Assembly (NCBI GenBank): GCA_965206645.1
Contig: CBDBKE010000001.1
Location: 312,930 to 376,929 of the forward strand
Reading direction: 5' to 3'
Source: Terriglobia bacterium
GTDB lineage: Bacteria > Acidobacteriota > Terriglobia > JAJPHL01 > JAPKYU01
DNA: 64,000 nt
Within the stretch, counting starts at the first letter, position 1. Every line of letters starts with the position of its first letter. This document shows, in pieces, positions 40,590-51,144 of this stretch. Position numbers and translations under genes: made by a program. The notes beneath the pieces were generated by a model that was not told where the DNA came from, made no database searches, and worked only from the letters and a program-made list of their open reading frames with translations.

Positions 40590-42160
40590 ATGGATGCTTT
40601 TGCTGCACTTGCGGACTCGATTCGTAGGCAAATCATTACAAGACTCGCTTCAGGGGAAATCGCGGCCGGAGAAATTGCGGACGCTTTCGCTATCACTCCG
40701 TCAGCAGTGTCCCAGCACCTCAAAGTACTCAAAGAGGCGGGCCTCGTGCGCGTTCGCATTGAGGGGCAGCGACGACTCTACCGACTGGTGCCCGCTCGAT
40801 TTGAAGAAATTCAGGAATGGCTCGCTGAGCCCGCAGCTCCAAGGAAGACTACGAGGCCTATCGCTACTTTTGTGGATGCCACTGATCTTGTCGCGTGGGC
40901 TGACCGGCTGGATGCGCAGGCGTTTCTGCCGATGCTTGTTCGTCGACTTATCCTAGCGACGACCACGCAGCTCAGCCGCGTTGGCGTCCGTAGCGGTGAA
41001 GGAGTCCAACTCGCCGGCTGGGACGGCATCGTGATAGCGGAAGCCGAAAACGCCTTTGTGCCCAAGGAAGCGTCTGTTTGGGAGATGGAGACAAATCAGA
41101 ATCCTCGGCAAAAGGCGCAGGAAGATTACGAGAAGCGAACACAAGACTCGCAAGGTGTTGATCCGGCGTAAACAACATTCGTTTTTGTCACACCTAGAAG
41201 ATGGCAGAGTAAAGACGCTTGGGCGGTCGAACGGCGTGCTGAGGATGTCTGGCGAGATGTCCGCGTGTACGATGCCGACGACATGGAAACTTGGCTTGAG
41301 ACCGCTCCTGCGGTTCATGTCTGGTTGTCAGTGCGGCTCGGGACACATCCGAGGGAAATGGGAGGACTGGTCTCAGTCGACGGACCCTCCGATCACGATC
41401 CAGTTCGTCCTCGCTGGCCGTAAGGGGCGTTGACCCGATGGGAAAGTTCCGATCGATCCAGTTCGTCCTCGCTTAAGGGGCTGCCGTAAAGAATTGGCTC
41501 CTCTGAGACTACCCTCGCCTTGCGCGCCGAGTCGTGCCAAGAAGCGTTGGCAGTATTCGCCGCCATCATTCTCGACTATTCGGGAAGCGAACGTGGATGG
41601 TTGCTGTCCCGGATTGTAGTCGTCGATAACGTAGTCACGTGGAACGCTCTGTCACTCTCCAAAGAACCCCTGATCCTCATCCCAAGATTTGAAGATAATG
41701 CAGCGCTTGGACGAGCGAAACGAACCGGTCACCGTGTTGTTGTTGCCCTTGGTGCAGAGAGCACGAGTGGCTCGTCTGAGGAGGTGCGGCGTCTTGCGCG
41801 GGGAGAAGCTGAAGAAGCCCTTCGTGCTATGTGCATCAAGGAGAATAAAGTCCCAAGTCTTGCAACGCTCGCTCGACGGAGTATGACGTGCTTTAGACGT
41901 GAACTTGCTGTACGTCCGGAGATTCAGCGACCTCAGTGGGCTCAATCTGATGCGGGCAGGAAACTCGTGCCTGCACTGCTTGCCGGTATTTGGACTGACA
42001 CTTCGGAGGCAGATCGTGCTGTCCTTTCGACTCTGGCACGGTGTGACTATGAGGCGTTTTCCGACAGCGTATCCCGATGGCTAGGTGTAAGCGATCCGCC
42101 GTTGCGACGTGTCGGTGATGTCTTTGAGTTGGTCTCTCGTGAAGATTCCTGGGCTCAGTT
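40590..42160 (+). pseudogene. ArsR HTH fused to a large restriction-endonuclease-like/NTPase-type protein; disrupted
   Basis: FAALADSIRRQII...SAVSQHLKVL followed by GWDGIV...SVWEM...FVFVTPRRW...VRVYDADD; TAA at 41169, rearrangement near 41350-41480, cut by the MITE. Confidence 0.7.
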
Positions 42161-42279
42161 GGTATTGTCAAGTTGAGGCTGACGGCTGTTTTTGATGCTC
42201 AGCATGGTGGGTTCGAGACGGGCTGGAGCGCAATATCTTGGGGGTCGATCGACGAGCTTTTCGTCAACTTGACAATGCC
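42161..42279 (-). mobile_element. 119-bp IS6-type MITE, copy 2
   Basis: Reverse complement of 9495-9613, near-identical. Confidence 0.85.
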
Positions 42280-42338
42280 CGCCGGGACGCAGATGCGTGT
42301 ATATTTTCAATCGCCGCAAGCCAAAAAAGAAATTCCGG
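42280..42338 (-). mobile_element. Left-end fragment of an IS1380 variant
   Basis: Reverse complement closely matches 58797-58860 (CCGGAATTT...GATTGAAAATATACACGCATCTGCGTCCC). Confidence 0.8.
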
Positions 42339-42525
42339 CTGAGTATGGATCCCAGCCTCCTTGCCGGCTTGCGGCGTCGACTTCCCATTCGCCACGGCCA
42401 CCTCGATCTGTCTCAGCACTCCTACGATCTGCTCCGGTTTGTACCTCTTCGTCGACATGATCGGGGCTCCTTCTCAGGTGAATTCTCTCTCATTTCACCT
42501 GGTACAAAAAGGGCCGGTCAGGTCA
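42339..42525 (-). mobile_element. Left-end fragment of a second IS3 variant
   Basis: IR TGACCTGACCGGCCC; orfA start MSTKRYKPEQIVGVLRQIEV, diverged from copies 1-4. Confidence 0.85.
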
Positions 42526-42750
42526 CATCACCGCGCCCGGCGCTTCCCGTGCCAGTTGAGACCGTATTTCTCCGGGTGCTCGTCCACCGCGCCGCCCAGA
42601 AGCTGCCGGAGCACCTAGAAGTTGATCTTGCCCGCCTGTCCGGCCGGCCCCTCAGTGAACGTTTCTGGAAATAGAGCCTTCAGACGTTCCAGGTTCTCGG
42701 CGACAACGTCCGCCGAGCAAGTCTCCGGGTCGTGGGGATCATCGAGAATA
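42526..42750 (-). pseudogene. N-terminal remnant of a type III R-M methyltransferase (Mod)
   Basis: DPETCSADVVAENLERLKALFPETFTEG...KINF*VLRQLLGGAVDEHPEKYGLNWHGKRRAR. Confidence 0.8.
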
Positions 42751-42819
42751 ACTCCCTCCTCTGCACATAACCCGCGAAGACCACACAGCCTAGTGGATTC
42801 CCTCTCTTGCCTCCATGAC

Positions 42820-44121
42820 CTACTGGAGTGCTTGCTTGTCGAACCATTCGTCCAATTCTTTTGGCTGGCGGCATTGCTGCACATCCCAATTCGTCAGCAG
42901 TCTGACAATCACTTCCTTGGCAGCAGCCTGAACCTCGTCGCGCTGCTTTTCCGTTACCTCGTAATGACCGCTGTGAACGATCTTCGAACGGATGGCATAT
43001 AGACTTTTTGCTATTCTTGACAGATTAAGTCGCTGATCCACATTTTCCCCAATTAACCGTGCGATACGCTGAGACAGGCGATACGTCAACTCTCCGCTCT
43101 GCTGTGGTAAGACCACGCATTCTAGGGCGATCGCAAACAGCAGAAACGACTCCTCCGGTGTTTTTGCTACCGTTGCCCTTCCTCCCCAACGAACAGCCAT
43201 CAGTATCAATTCATCCACTTTATTCCTGCGTCTTTTTAGCAAAGACTCTACACGGTCAACGGCATCGCGAACTATCCCCTCGATACTTTCGCGAAGGACT
43301 GCAATAGGAAAACTCCCTGGCGGCCCTTCACCAGCAACATCGCAATACACAGACCCGCTTGAAACGACAGCCAAACACGCACCACTACTGTGCGACTCTT
43401 GTCTTCCGGGAAGGAAGAGCCATGCATCATAGCCGGGTATCATGTCCGAAAAGAAGTTCACGCATTCTATCGTGGCGCGAACTGTTCGCTCGGCGAGTGT
43501 GAGCGCTGCCTTCGCATCACGTGCCTTGACTTCCACGAGTGCGGTCGGACGATCTAAGAAAGACTTAACCAATTGGTCGTTGATAAATGCAAGTTTTCCT
43601 GATCGACCGATAATGTGTTTCGTTTGGATGGTTTCCTTGAGGTTCCGAATCTGATCTGTGCCAAAAACAACAAAACGAACGTGCCCAAAACAAGATGGAA
43701 GAGAAGCAACGTCCAAACCACCAACCTCAATCCAACACTCGTATTCCTCGGGTGGACTCGCCAAGAATCTCTTCAACTTCTTCAGGGCCTTGTTCATCCG
43801 GGCAGACAGATCCTTGTCACGGCGCTTCGGAATATCGACAACCTCGAAAACGGCGGTTCTAAGAGCCGAATCAATGGCTGATTCTGAGAGATCTTCATCT
43901 TGGGCAAATCTTTCTAGTAGTTCTTTGCAGACTTCCAGGTATTTCCCGTGCGTCTCCGGACTCAGGAACATTGATCCTTCGTCCTTTCGGGACCAGAAAT
44001 GGTGCTTTTGGGGGATACCTCCAGGAGATACATTGTCTGCGAGGTTGTTTAGGAAGGACCGAACGAACGTTAAGTCTCTTTCGTTTGAAGGGCTTCTTTG
44101 TGGTCTAGATTGCTTTGTCAC
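42820..44121 (-). CDS. HEPN domain protein (ApeA-like HEPN)
   Basis: C-terminal FLLFAIALECVV...LYAIRSKIVHSG with intact RxxxxH; visibly lower GC. Confidence 0.75.
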   Translation of the reverse strand: MTKQSRPQRSPSNERDLTFVRSFLNNLADNVSPGGIPQKHHFWSRKDEGSMFLSPETHGKYLEVCKELLERFAQDEDLSESAIDSALRTAVFEVVDIPKRRDKDLSARMNKALKKLKRFLASPPEEYECWIEVGGLDVASLPSCFGHVRFVVFGTDQIRNLKETIQTKHIIGRSGKLAFINDQLVKSFLDRPTALVEVKARDAKAALTLAERTVRATIECVNFFSDMIPGYDAWLFLPGRQESHSSGACLAVVSSGSVYCDVAGEGPPGSFPIAVLRESIEGIVRDAVDRVESLLKRRRNKVDELILMAVRWGGRATVAKTPEESFLLFAIALECVVLPQQSGELTYRLSQRIARLIGENVDQRLNLSRIAKSLYAIRSKIVHSGHYEVTEKQRDEVQAAAKEVIVRLLTNWDVQQCRQPKELDEWFDKQALQ

Positions 44122-44257
44122 TGGATTCTATCCTATCCATGTTGGGGACCCCGCTGGTTATCCGGCTTGCCTCCGCCGCTTTTGCCTTGATGCGCTTGCA
44201 CTCCTTGGAAATCATCGCTGCCTAGTCCCTCTGTCTGCCGTCTTGACGAGCTTCTGC

Positions 44258-45319
44258 GGCGTTGTTGCGTAATTCGCGCTCGCGGCGAACCGGGCCGAGA
44301 AGCTCATCCGCCTCAGTACACGCGCTCCAATCGTGGCATTCCAAGCTCCGCCATCCGGTTCAGCACAGCGCACTTGATCGCGGCTTCGACTTTTTGATTC
44401 TTGACCGTGCGGGCCGAGAGGCTTACCCCGAGTATCGCCTTGTACCGTGAGACCGCATTCTCCGCCACGCTCTGGCGAGTGCAGCCACTCGACTTCCGCC
44501 ACTCATAACGGCCCTGCGTCCTAATACGCCGGAGATGGGTATCACGCATCGCACGCCACGGAGGCGGATGAGAGTCTCGGCTGCATCGTGCATTGCGTCG
44601 CGGCAAGATCGTCACGATAGCGTCGTGCTGGAGCACGGCCTCGTAGCAGGAACCCGTGTCGTAGGCCCGGTCTGCGGAGACTTGCCCGATCGAACCAGGA
44701 GTCTTAGACAGCAACGAAGAGAGCCTTCGGGCGTCGTGGACGTTGCTCGCAGTCAGGTCCATCGCAACGATCTCTTTCGTCGTCTCATCGACGCCTAGGT
44801 GGAGCTTTCGCCATGTCCTACGGCGGAGGGTTCGGTGTTTTCTGATGTGCCACTCACCGGCTCCGTAGATCTTCAGGCCCGTCGAATCGATGACGACATG
44901 TCGTGGTCGATCCGTGGGCCCTACACTCAGTCGGACGTCGACGGCGCTTTGCCTTCGGCTCACCGTGCTGTAGTTGGGCACTGGGAGGTCGAGAGCCATG
45001 AGCGCCACGATGGATTGAAGGAACCCTTGAGTGGTCCGTAGGTTGAGGTGAAACACCGAATTCAGGACCAGCGCACATTGGATCGCCGCATCTGCGTAGA
45101 CCTTGGGCCGGCCTCGCCCTTCGAAGGGTCCTGGATGACGCCAGGCAGCGACTGCCTCCGTGTCGAACCACAGTGTCAGCTGCCCACGTTTCACCAGAGC
45201 CCGGTTGTACTCCGGCCAGTTGCGAACCTTATATCGGAAGGTGTAGTCGCTTTTGCCCATCTCCTAGCCTATCAGGGGGGAGAGCGTTGGGGATGGAGTC
45301 AGATTTCTGCAACAACGCC
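44258..45319 (-). mobile_element. IS5 family (IS903-like) element, copy 2; transposase 44313-45260
   Basis: Near-identical to 5172-6233, same IRs. Confidence 0.95.
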
Positions 45320-45466
45320 CCACTGTGTGCACACCTCCGGTGTTTCACAAAACACATCAGAATCACAATGTTTGATGGAATCGAACTGCGCTGGTCTAAT
45401 TTTGCACCGCCAGAAACCGCCGCTTACGCGGCGCTTCCTGGTCTATTATTGCTCCGGCGTTCATAG

Positions 45467-47071
45467 CTAGTGCTCGATTGCTTTCTCGGCACCGAGGCCC
45501 GTGTTCGCGCGGACGCTGAGTTCGATGTATTTCTCCTCAGCCGACGGCTCTTTCGAGAGAACCGATCCCATATACGCCGCCAAGAAGCCCAGCGGAATGC
45601 TCACGATGCCGGGATTCTTCAGCGGGTACAACGTCGGCGCCTGAATCATCCGGCGCGCGGCTTCGGCGACCTCCGGCCCGTCGACCCCCATGAAGCTCGG
45701 GCTCACCAGGATCAGCCCGATCGAGGAGAACAACCCGGCCGCCAAACCCCATACCGCCCCGCGGGTTGTGAACTTGCTCCAATAAACCGAGAACAGGATG
45801 ACCGGCAAGTTCGCCGACGCCGCCACCGCGAACGCCAGTCCCACCAGAAACGCCACGTTCGTCCCCGGGCCCAACCCGATGGCAATTGCGATGGACACCG
45901 CGCCGACGACGAGCGCCGTCCAGCGCGCCACACGCACCTCTTCGCCCGGCGAGCGCTCTTTGCCGTGATGGATCACGTTCGTGTAGAAGTCGTGGGCGAA
46001 CGAAGTCGAGGCGCTGATGGTCAACCCGGCCACTACGGCCAGAATCGTCGCGAACGCCACGGCCGAGATGAAAGCGAAGAAGACGTCGCCGGCCAGCGCC
46101 TGCGCCAGCAACGGGGCACTCATGTTGATGCCGCCGTTTTCCGAGATCGCATTGCGTCCGACGATCGTCGCCGCGCCGAAGCCCAGGAACGTCGTCATGA
46201 TGTAGAAGGCGCCGATCAGCAGCATCGCCCAGAAAACGCTCACTCGGGCGGTCTTGGCGTCCGGTACGGTGTAAAAGCGAATGAGGATATGAGGCAGCCC
46301 GGCAGTGCCGAAGATCAGCGCCATTCCCAGCGAAATCAGATCGAGCGCACCGTAGGGCGGCTTGTAGTAGAGCCCAGGTGTCAGGAAGTTTTCTGTGACG
46401 GTTTGTCCGCCGGCCTGGTAGGTGACGCGGCTGGTGGCCTCGAAGAACGCGCCGAGGTCGAAGCCGAAGTGGCCGAGCACGAGGACACTCAGCAGGAAAG
46501 TACCGCTCATCAGCAGGACAGCTTTGACAATTTGCACCCAGGTCGTCGCCAGCATCCCGCCGAAGACGACGTAGACGATCATGAGGATGCCGACGCCGGT
46601 CACAGCGCCCGTAAAGCTGATCCCGGAATCGGCTAGCAGAAGGCTCACCAGCGCACCCGCGCCCACCATCTGGGCGATCATGTAGAACGTGCAAACGGTC
46701 AGCGTGCTCAGCGATGCCCAGGCCCTTACCGGGCGCGCTCGGAGCCGGTAGGCAAGTACGTCGGCCATGGTGTATTTCCCGGCGTTCCGTAGCGGCTCGG
46801 CGACGACGAACAGCACGGTCAGGTAGGCGACCAAAAAGCCGACCGAATACATGAAGCCGTCGTAGCCGTAGAAGGCGATCAGCCCGGCAATCCCCAAAAA
46901 CGATGCCGCGCTCATGTAGTCGCCAGAGATGGCGAGCCCGTTCTGCCAGCCTGTGATGCGCCTGCCGGCGGCGAAGTAGGCGCTCTCGCCCGAGGATCTG
47001 CCCGCGGCCCAATAGGTGATTCCGAGGGTGGCGGCGATGAACGTCAGAAACATCAGCAGCGATAGTGACAT
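45467..47071 (-). CDS. actP: Cation/acetate symporter (SSS family)
   Basis: NGLAISGDYMSAASFLG, GTAGLPHIL and AFATILAVVAGL motifs. Confidence 0.9.
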   Translation of the reverse strand: MSLSLLMFLTFIAATLGITYWAAGRSSGESAYFAAGRRITGWQNGLAISGDYMSAASFLGIAGLIAFYGYDGFMYSVGFLVAYLTVLFVVAEPLRNAGKYTMADVLAYRLRARPVRAWASLSTLTVCTFYMIAQMVGAGALVSLLLADSGISFTGAVTGVGILMIVYVVFGGMLATTWVQIVKAVLLMSGTFLLSVLVLGHFGFDLGAFFEATSRVTYQAGGQTVTENFLTPGLYYKPPYGALDLISLGMALIFGTAGLPHILIRFYTVPDAKTARVSVFWAMLLIGAFYIMTTFLGFGAATIVGRNAISENGGINMSAPLLAQALAGDVFFAFISAVAFATILAVVAGLTISASTSFAHDFYTNVIHHGKERSPGEEVRVARWTALVVGAVSIAIAIGLGPGTNVAFLVGLAFAVAASANLPVILFSVYWSKFTTRGAVWGLAAGLFSSIGLILVSPSFMGVDGPEVAEAARRMIQAPTLYPLKNPGIVSIPLGFLAAYMGSVLSKEPSAEEKYIELSVRANTGLGAEKAIEH

Positions 47072-47072
47072 T

Positions 47073-47402
47073 TCATTCATCCCCTTCGCCGTCGGCGGCC
47101 TCGGTGGCGATGGCCTTGTCAGCCAGGATCTTCTCGGACATTCGGTCAAACCGCCTGGCGATGCGCATGTAGAGATACGCCAGCGCCCAGGCCATCAAGA
47201 ACTGCGAAAACGCAAACAGGTAGGCCCAGTTGACGACGCCCCACACCTGGCGCTCCATCAGCTCCGGCCAGTAGCCGACCAGCACCGGCAGCGCGAAGTA
47301 GAAAATGACGAAGAACGCCGTCGCGGATACGATGAAACTCGTTTTCTGGGCGATCATCCGCCTATAGTCAGGCGAGTTGTGGATACGGTCCCATTGGTTC
47401 AT
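47073..47402 (-). CDS. DUF485 (YjcH-like) membrane protein
   Basis: Two TM helices; canonical position upstream of actP. Confidence 0.85.
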   Translation of the reverse strand: MNQWDRIHNSPDYRRMIAQKTSFIVSATAFFVIFYFALPVLVGYWPELMERQVWGVVNWAYLFAFSQFLMAWALAYLYMRIARRFDRMSEKILADKAIATEAADGEGDE

Positions 47403-47793
47403 GGCGAAGCGCTAAGGATAACTTTCTTCCATTTCGACCGCGAGGAAACTGGAGAAAAGGCCCTCCGCGGGAAGATAGAAGCGCTGCTATAGAGGACTAA
47501 TCTGCAGCAGCTACAGCAGGGATATAGGATACTGAAGGCGCTTCTCAAGCCCTAAACCAGTTCACTTATCTTGATCGCGGATGATATACCATCCAGTCGG
47601 TACTTGTTGCCGCTTCTGTTGGCAGCCCTAGACCACATAGGACCTGGGTCCTCCGTCTTTGGTCCCGATAACTGCCTTTCACCATCCAGGCAGAAGATAG
47701 GTAAGCGCTAGTCCGTTTGTGGGGACTATCGGCCTTGTGCGCGAGGCCTACTTCCCCTAAAGGGAATCCAGGCACTTGTCCGGTTAGCGCGTT

Positions 47794-48101
47794 ATACATC
47801 CAAGTGGCGGCGTGGCACCGCCGGACGAGGCGCCGGCGGTTGCTTGTTCTTGATGCGATACTTCGGCATCAGTAGTCCTCCCCCCTGAAGCCGCCATTTT
47901 AACCCGCCCTGCGAGCCAACCCTAGCGAAGAGAGCCGAGCCGGGCTAGATGGGACCCTTTATGGTGGGCATTGGAGCCTTCATAAGCCGAGACGACGGGC
48001 TTTCAGGACCCGGCGAGGACCGCTCGGAGCCCGCAGAGAGAAGCACTGTGCTGGAAGGGTTCAGTTGGAGGCCAATGGTTGTATACTCACGAGTGCCGGA
48101 G
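47794..48101. repeat. Second copy of the 9073-9494 dispersed repeat (without the internal duplication)
   Basis: Direct sequence match. Confidence 0.9.
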
Positions 48102-48415
48102 GGCCAAAAAGCTAATTTCGGCTTGATTCACATGTGTCATGGGGACTGTAGGGGATGAACTCAAATCGGAAATTCCGCCTCAAGGCTAACCGGAAGCCCG
48201 TTGAGCCCCACTATCACGCAGTTCACCTATATGCAGTATCTTTACGGTGACCGAAGGGTCATACTTGATGTGTTCTTACGATGGCGGTGGGTTCGACCAA
48301 TTAGGATCGGCTCTATTTCTTTTGTAAAAACCTCCCTTAAGAATTGCGGTTTCAAGGGATTTCCCTGTGGGGAAACTTTGCATTGACTAACGTGTTTAGA
48401 GCCTCAGGAGGCAAT

Positions 48416-48637
48416 GTGGCAATGATGGCCGCTGGGATTGCGTCTGCGGTCGACGATGTCCGCGGTTACGGGCCAGAAGTCGTCGAACGGCTTAGGGGGG
48501 CTTTGGAACAAAACTGCCCGGCCCGGCCAGATCCCCGCCATCCCTACCTGTTCGTCCTGGAGTGGGCGGGCGAGAGTTTCTATATCGCGCATCTTCCCAC
48601 CGGGAAGATCCTGCTGCTGGCGCGCTGGCCGAGCTGA
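48416..48637 (+). CDS. Small hypothetical protein
   Basis: RBS GGAGG; 73-aa ORF ending FYIAHLPTGKILLLARWPS. Confidence 0.6.
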   Translation: MAMMAAGIASAVDDVRGYGPEVVERLRGALEQNCPARPDPRHPYLFVLEWAGESFYIAHLPTGKILLLARWPS

Positions 48638-48823
48638 GGCGGACGGGCAGCGTTCAGGCAGCCTGTCAGCTATCACCCTGCCGAGACACAAACAGCCTGC
48701 TGGTTAGTTCCAGGTTCAAATCTTCTGGGGTTTTGGGATGAGGATGATTGGGCCGCCCTGGGAGCAAGGAGGAAGCCGTCGGACGTCAGAATCACTTGGG
48801 CGAAGCGGCCAAAGCCGAGCCAA

Positions 48824-49033
48824 ATGCCATCCCGCGTCTTCAAATGCGAAAGCTGTGGCATCTGCACGTCTCTCCTCATTCATGATGACCAATCGCCAGA
48901 AGGTATGAAGGAAAATCCTGTCGAGAAATACTGCCCTACCTGCCGGAGGTTGAGGAACTGGAGCTTTGTCTTCCCGGAACGGCGTAGCGGGCCACGTCGA
49001 AGGAGCGACCTGGATCGGCGCCGGGCAGAATAG
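48824..49033 (+). CDS. Small zinc-ribbon protein with Arg-rich tail, possibly the remnant of a Zn-ribbon-PilZ protein
   Basis: CESC...CPTC; ERRSGPRRRSDLDRRRAE. Confidence 0.55.
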   Translation: MPSRVFKCESCGICTSLLIHDDQSPEGMKENPVEKYCPTCRRLRNWSFVFPERRSGPRRRSDLDRRRAE

Positions 49034-49413
49034 ATCGTTATTTGCGGTTCTCCCTAGGTGAGGCCGAAGAGATCGTTTAGTACGCCACCAAGTGCATGGC
49101 TGCGGCGTGGAGTTCGTCGAGGTCCTGCCAGATCAGCAGATGCTTGAGTTCTATAATTCCTTTTGCCATGCCATCATGGAATGAGGCAGAAAATGCCCAA
49201 CGGAAAATGAATGCGGCTCAAGTTAGGGCCCATACCTCCGATCTGGTTCAGAAACGTGACCTGAGGATAATTACAGAAGATTTGCACGCCTTGACGGCTC
49301 AGGGTAACCAGCGAGCAACACGCTGTTAGTTAAATCGTCTAATCTAAAGGGCTGGAGTGTGTCTGTGTCGGCCCACCTCTGGCCGGCGGCGTTCTGGAGA
49401 GGAGTTGGCAGGT

Positions 49414-51144
49414 TTGGCCACCGAAGACAAATTCGACCACATTAAACAGTCGCTCCACATGGGCGGGAAGCAGAAGGGCTATCTGCTCTACGACGACAAC
49501 GGCGAGGTCCAGCCCTCGGAAGCCGCCACGGCGCTGGATGATGGCGAGGACCTTCTGACCACCTTTGGCGGCGCCGGCATGGAAGTCATTGAGGGCGGGA
49601 CCAAGCTGAACGAGGACAAGCTGGATTCCGACAGGAAGCTGGACGAAACCGGCGAGGAACTCGAGCTGGACCTGACGCCAGGCGCGCTGGACAAAACCAA
49701 CGATCCGGTGCGCATGTACCTGCGCGAGATGGGTACGGTGCCCCTGCTGACCCGCGAGGGCGAGGTCGAGATCGCCAAACGGATCGAGCGCGGCCAGACC
49801 AACGTGCTGAAGGCCATGTCCCGCTCCCCGATCATCATCCGGGAAATCCACAAGCTGGGCGAGGAGTTGAAGTCAGAGGGGAGGTCCATCAAAGGGGTCA
49901 TCGTCTTCAATGACGACGAGCTCACCGATGACCGGATCCAGGAGAGGCTGGAAGAAGTCATCGGGATTGTGGACGAGAGCAACAAGCTATACAAGAAGAG
50001 CGTCCAGTGGCGGCAGACGCTGGCGCTGGTCTCCAAGACCAAGAAGCCGCGTAATTTCCGTCGCTACCGCTTTGCGCTGGCCAGGGTGCTGATCCAAATC
50101 TCCCGCAAGATCCGTTCCATAGAGTTCACCCACTTGGAACGCAAGCACCTGATTGACCACATTGACAGGGTGGTGGATAGCCTGCGCCCGCTGGAGCGCG
50201 ACATTGGCCGGGTTGAGAGGAAGCTCCAGGCGGCCGGCAAGGAAGACGAGACCAAGGAGCTTCGGCGGCAGATGCGCCATCCGAAGGCCAAGATCGCGCA
50301 TATCGAGGAAGAAGCCGGAGCCTCGGCCCTGGAACTACGCCGCACCTTGCAGGTCGTCCGGCGCGGGGAACAGGAGGCCGAAGCGGCCAAGCGGGAGCTG
50401 ATCGAAGCCAACCTGCGCCTGGTGGTCTCCATCGCCAAGAAGTACACCAATCGCGGTCTCCAGTTCCTGGACCTGATTCAGGAAGGCAACATCGGCTTGA
50501 TGAAAGCGGTGGATAAATTCGAATACCGCCGCGGCTACAAGTTCTCCACCTACGCCACCTGGTGGATTCGCCAGGCGATCACGCGCGCCATCGCCGATCA
50601 GGCCAGGACCATCCGCATCCCGGTGCATATGATCGAGACGATCAATAAGCTCATACGCACCTCGCGCCAGTTGGTGCAGGAGTACGGTCGCGAACCCACC
50701 AGCGAGGAGATCGGCAAGCGCATGGAGATCTCGGTGGATAAGGTGCGTAAGGCGCGCAAGATCGCCCAGGAGCCCATCTCGCTGGAAACGCCTATCGGCG
50801 AAGAGGAGGATTCCCACCTGGGCGACTTCATCGAGGATCGCGGCGTGGTCTCCCCGGTCGAGGCCGTCATCAACCTCAACCTGAAGGAGCAGACCGACCA
50901 CGTGCTCAAGTCGCTGACCCCGCGCGAGGAGAAGGTGGTCAAGATGCGCTTCGGATTGGAGGACGGCAGCGAGCACACCCTGGAGGAGGTCGGCCAGAGC
51001 TTCACGGTCACTCGCGAGCGCATCCGCCAGGTCGAGGCCAAGGCCCTCCGCAAGCTGCGTCACCCCAGCCGCAGCCGCAAGCTCCGGGCATTCATGGACG
51101 CTGAGACAGCGAGTAGCCCTGTCCAGTCTGGCAGTCCCCTTTGA
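49414..51144 (+). CDS. rpoD: RNA polymerase sigma factor RpoD; stop codon supplied by the IS3 end
   Basis: [39 protein letters not shown] and [21 protein letters not shown] motifs. Confidence 0.92.
   Translation: MATEDKFDHIKQSLHMGGKQKGYLLYDDNGEVQPSEAATALDDGEDLLTTFGGAGMEVIEGGTKLNEDKLDSDRKLDETGEELELDLTPGALDKTNDPVRMYLREMGTVPLLTREGEVEIAKRIERGQTNVLKAMSRSPIIIREIHKLGEELKSEGRSIKGVIVFNDDELTDDRIQERLEEVIGIVDESNKLYKKSVQWRQTLALVSKTKKPRNFRRYRFALARVLIQISRKIRSIEFTHLERKHLIDHIDRVVDSLRPLERDIGRVERKLQAAGKEDETKELRRQMRHPKAKIAHIEEEAGASALELRRTLQVVRRGEQEAEAAKRELIEANLRLVVSIAKKYTNRGLQFLDLIQEGNIGLMKAVDKFEYRRGYKFSTYATWWIRQAITRAIADQARTIRIPVHMIETINKLIRTSRQLVQEYGREPTSEEIGKRMEISVDKVRKARKIAQEPISLETPIGEEEDSHLGDFIEDRGVVSPVEAVINLNLKEQTDHVLKSLTPREEKVVKMRFGLEDGSEHTLEEVGQSFTVTRERIRQVEAKALRKLRHPSRSRKLRAFMDAETASSPVQSGSPL

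Noticed and set aside
44105-44215. MISKECKR start resembling the N-terminus of DUF1156 methylases
   Set aside because: Only about 8 residues of similarity before it diverges; too short to call.
45470-47012. Long alternative-frame and antisense ORFs over actP (also over rpoD, the AKR and the M4 gene)
   Set aside because: Expected shadow ORFs in high-GC coding DNA; no motifs or RBS support.
47520-47799. Hairpin-rich stretch and 77-aa ORF as an ncRNA or Uma2-like remnant
   Set aside because: Stems are short and independent and the protein similarity is unconvincing; left unassigned.
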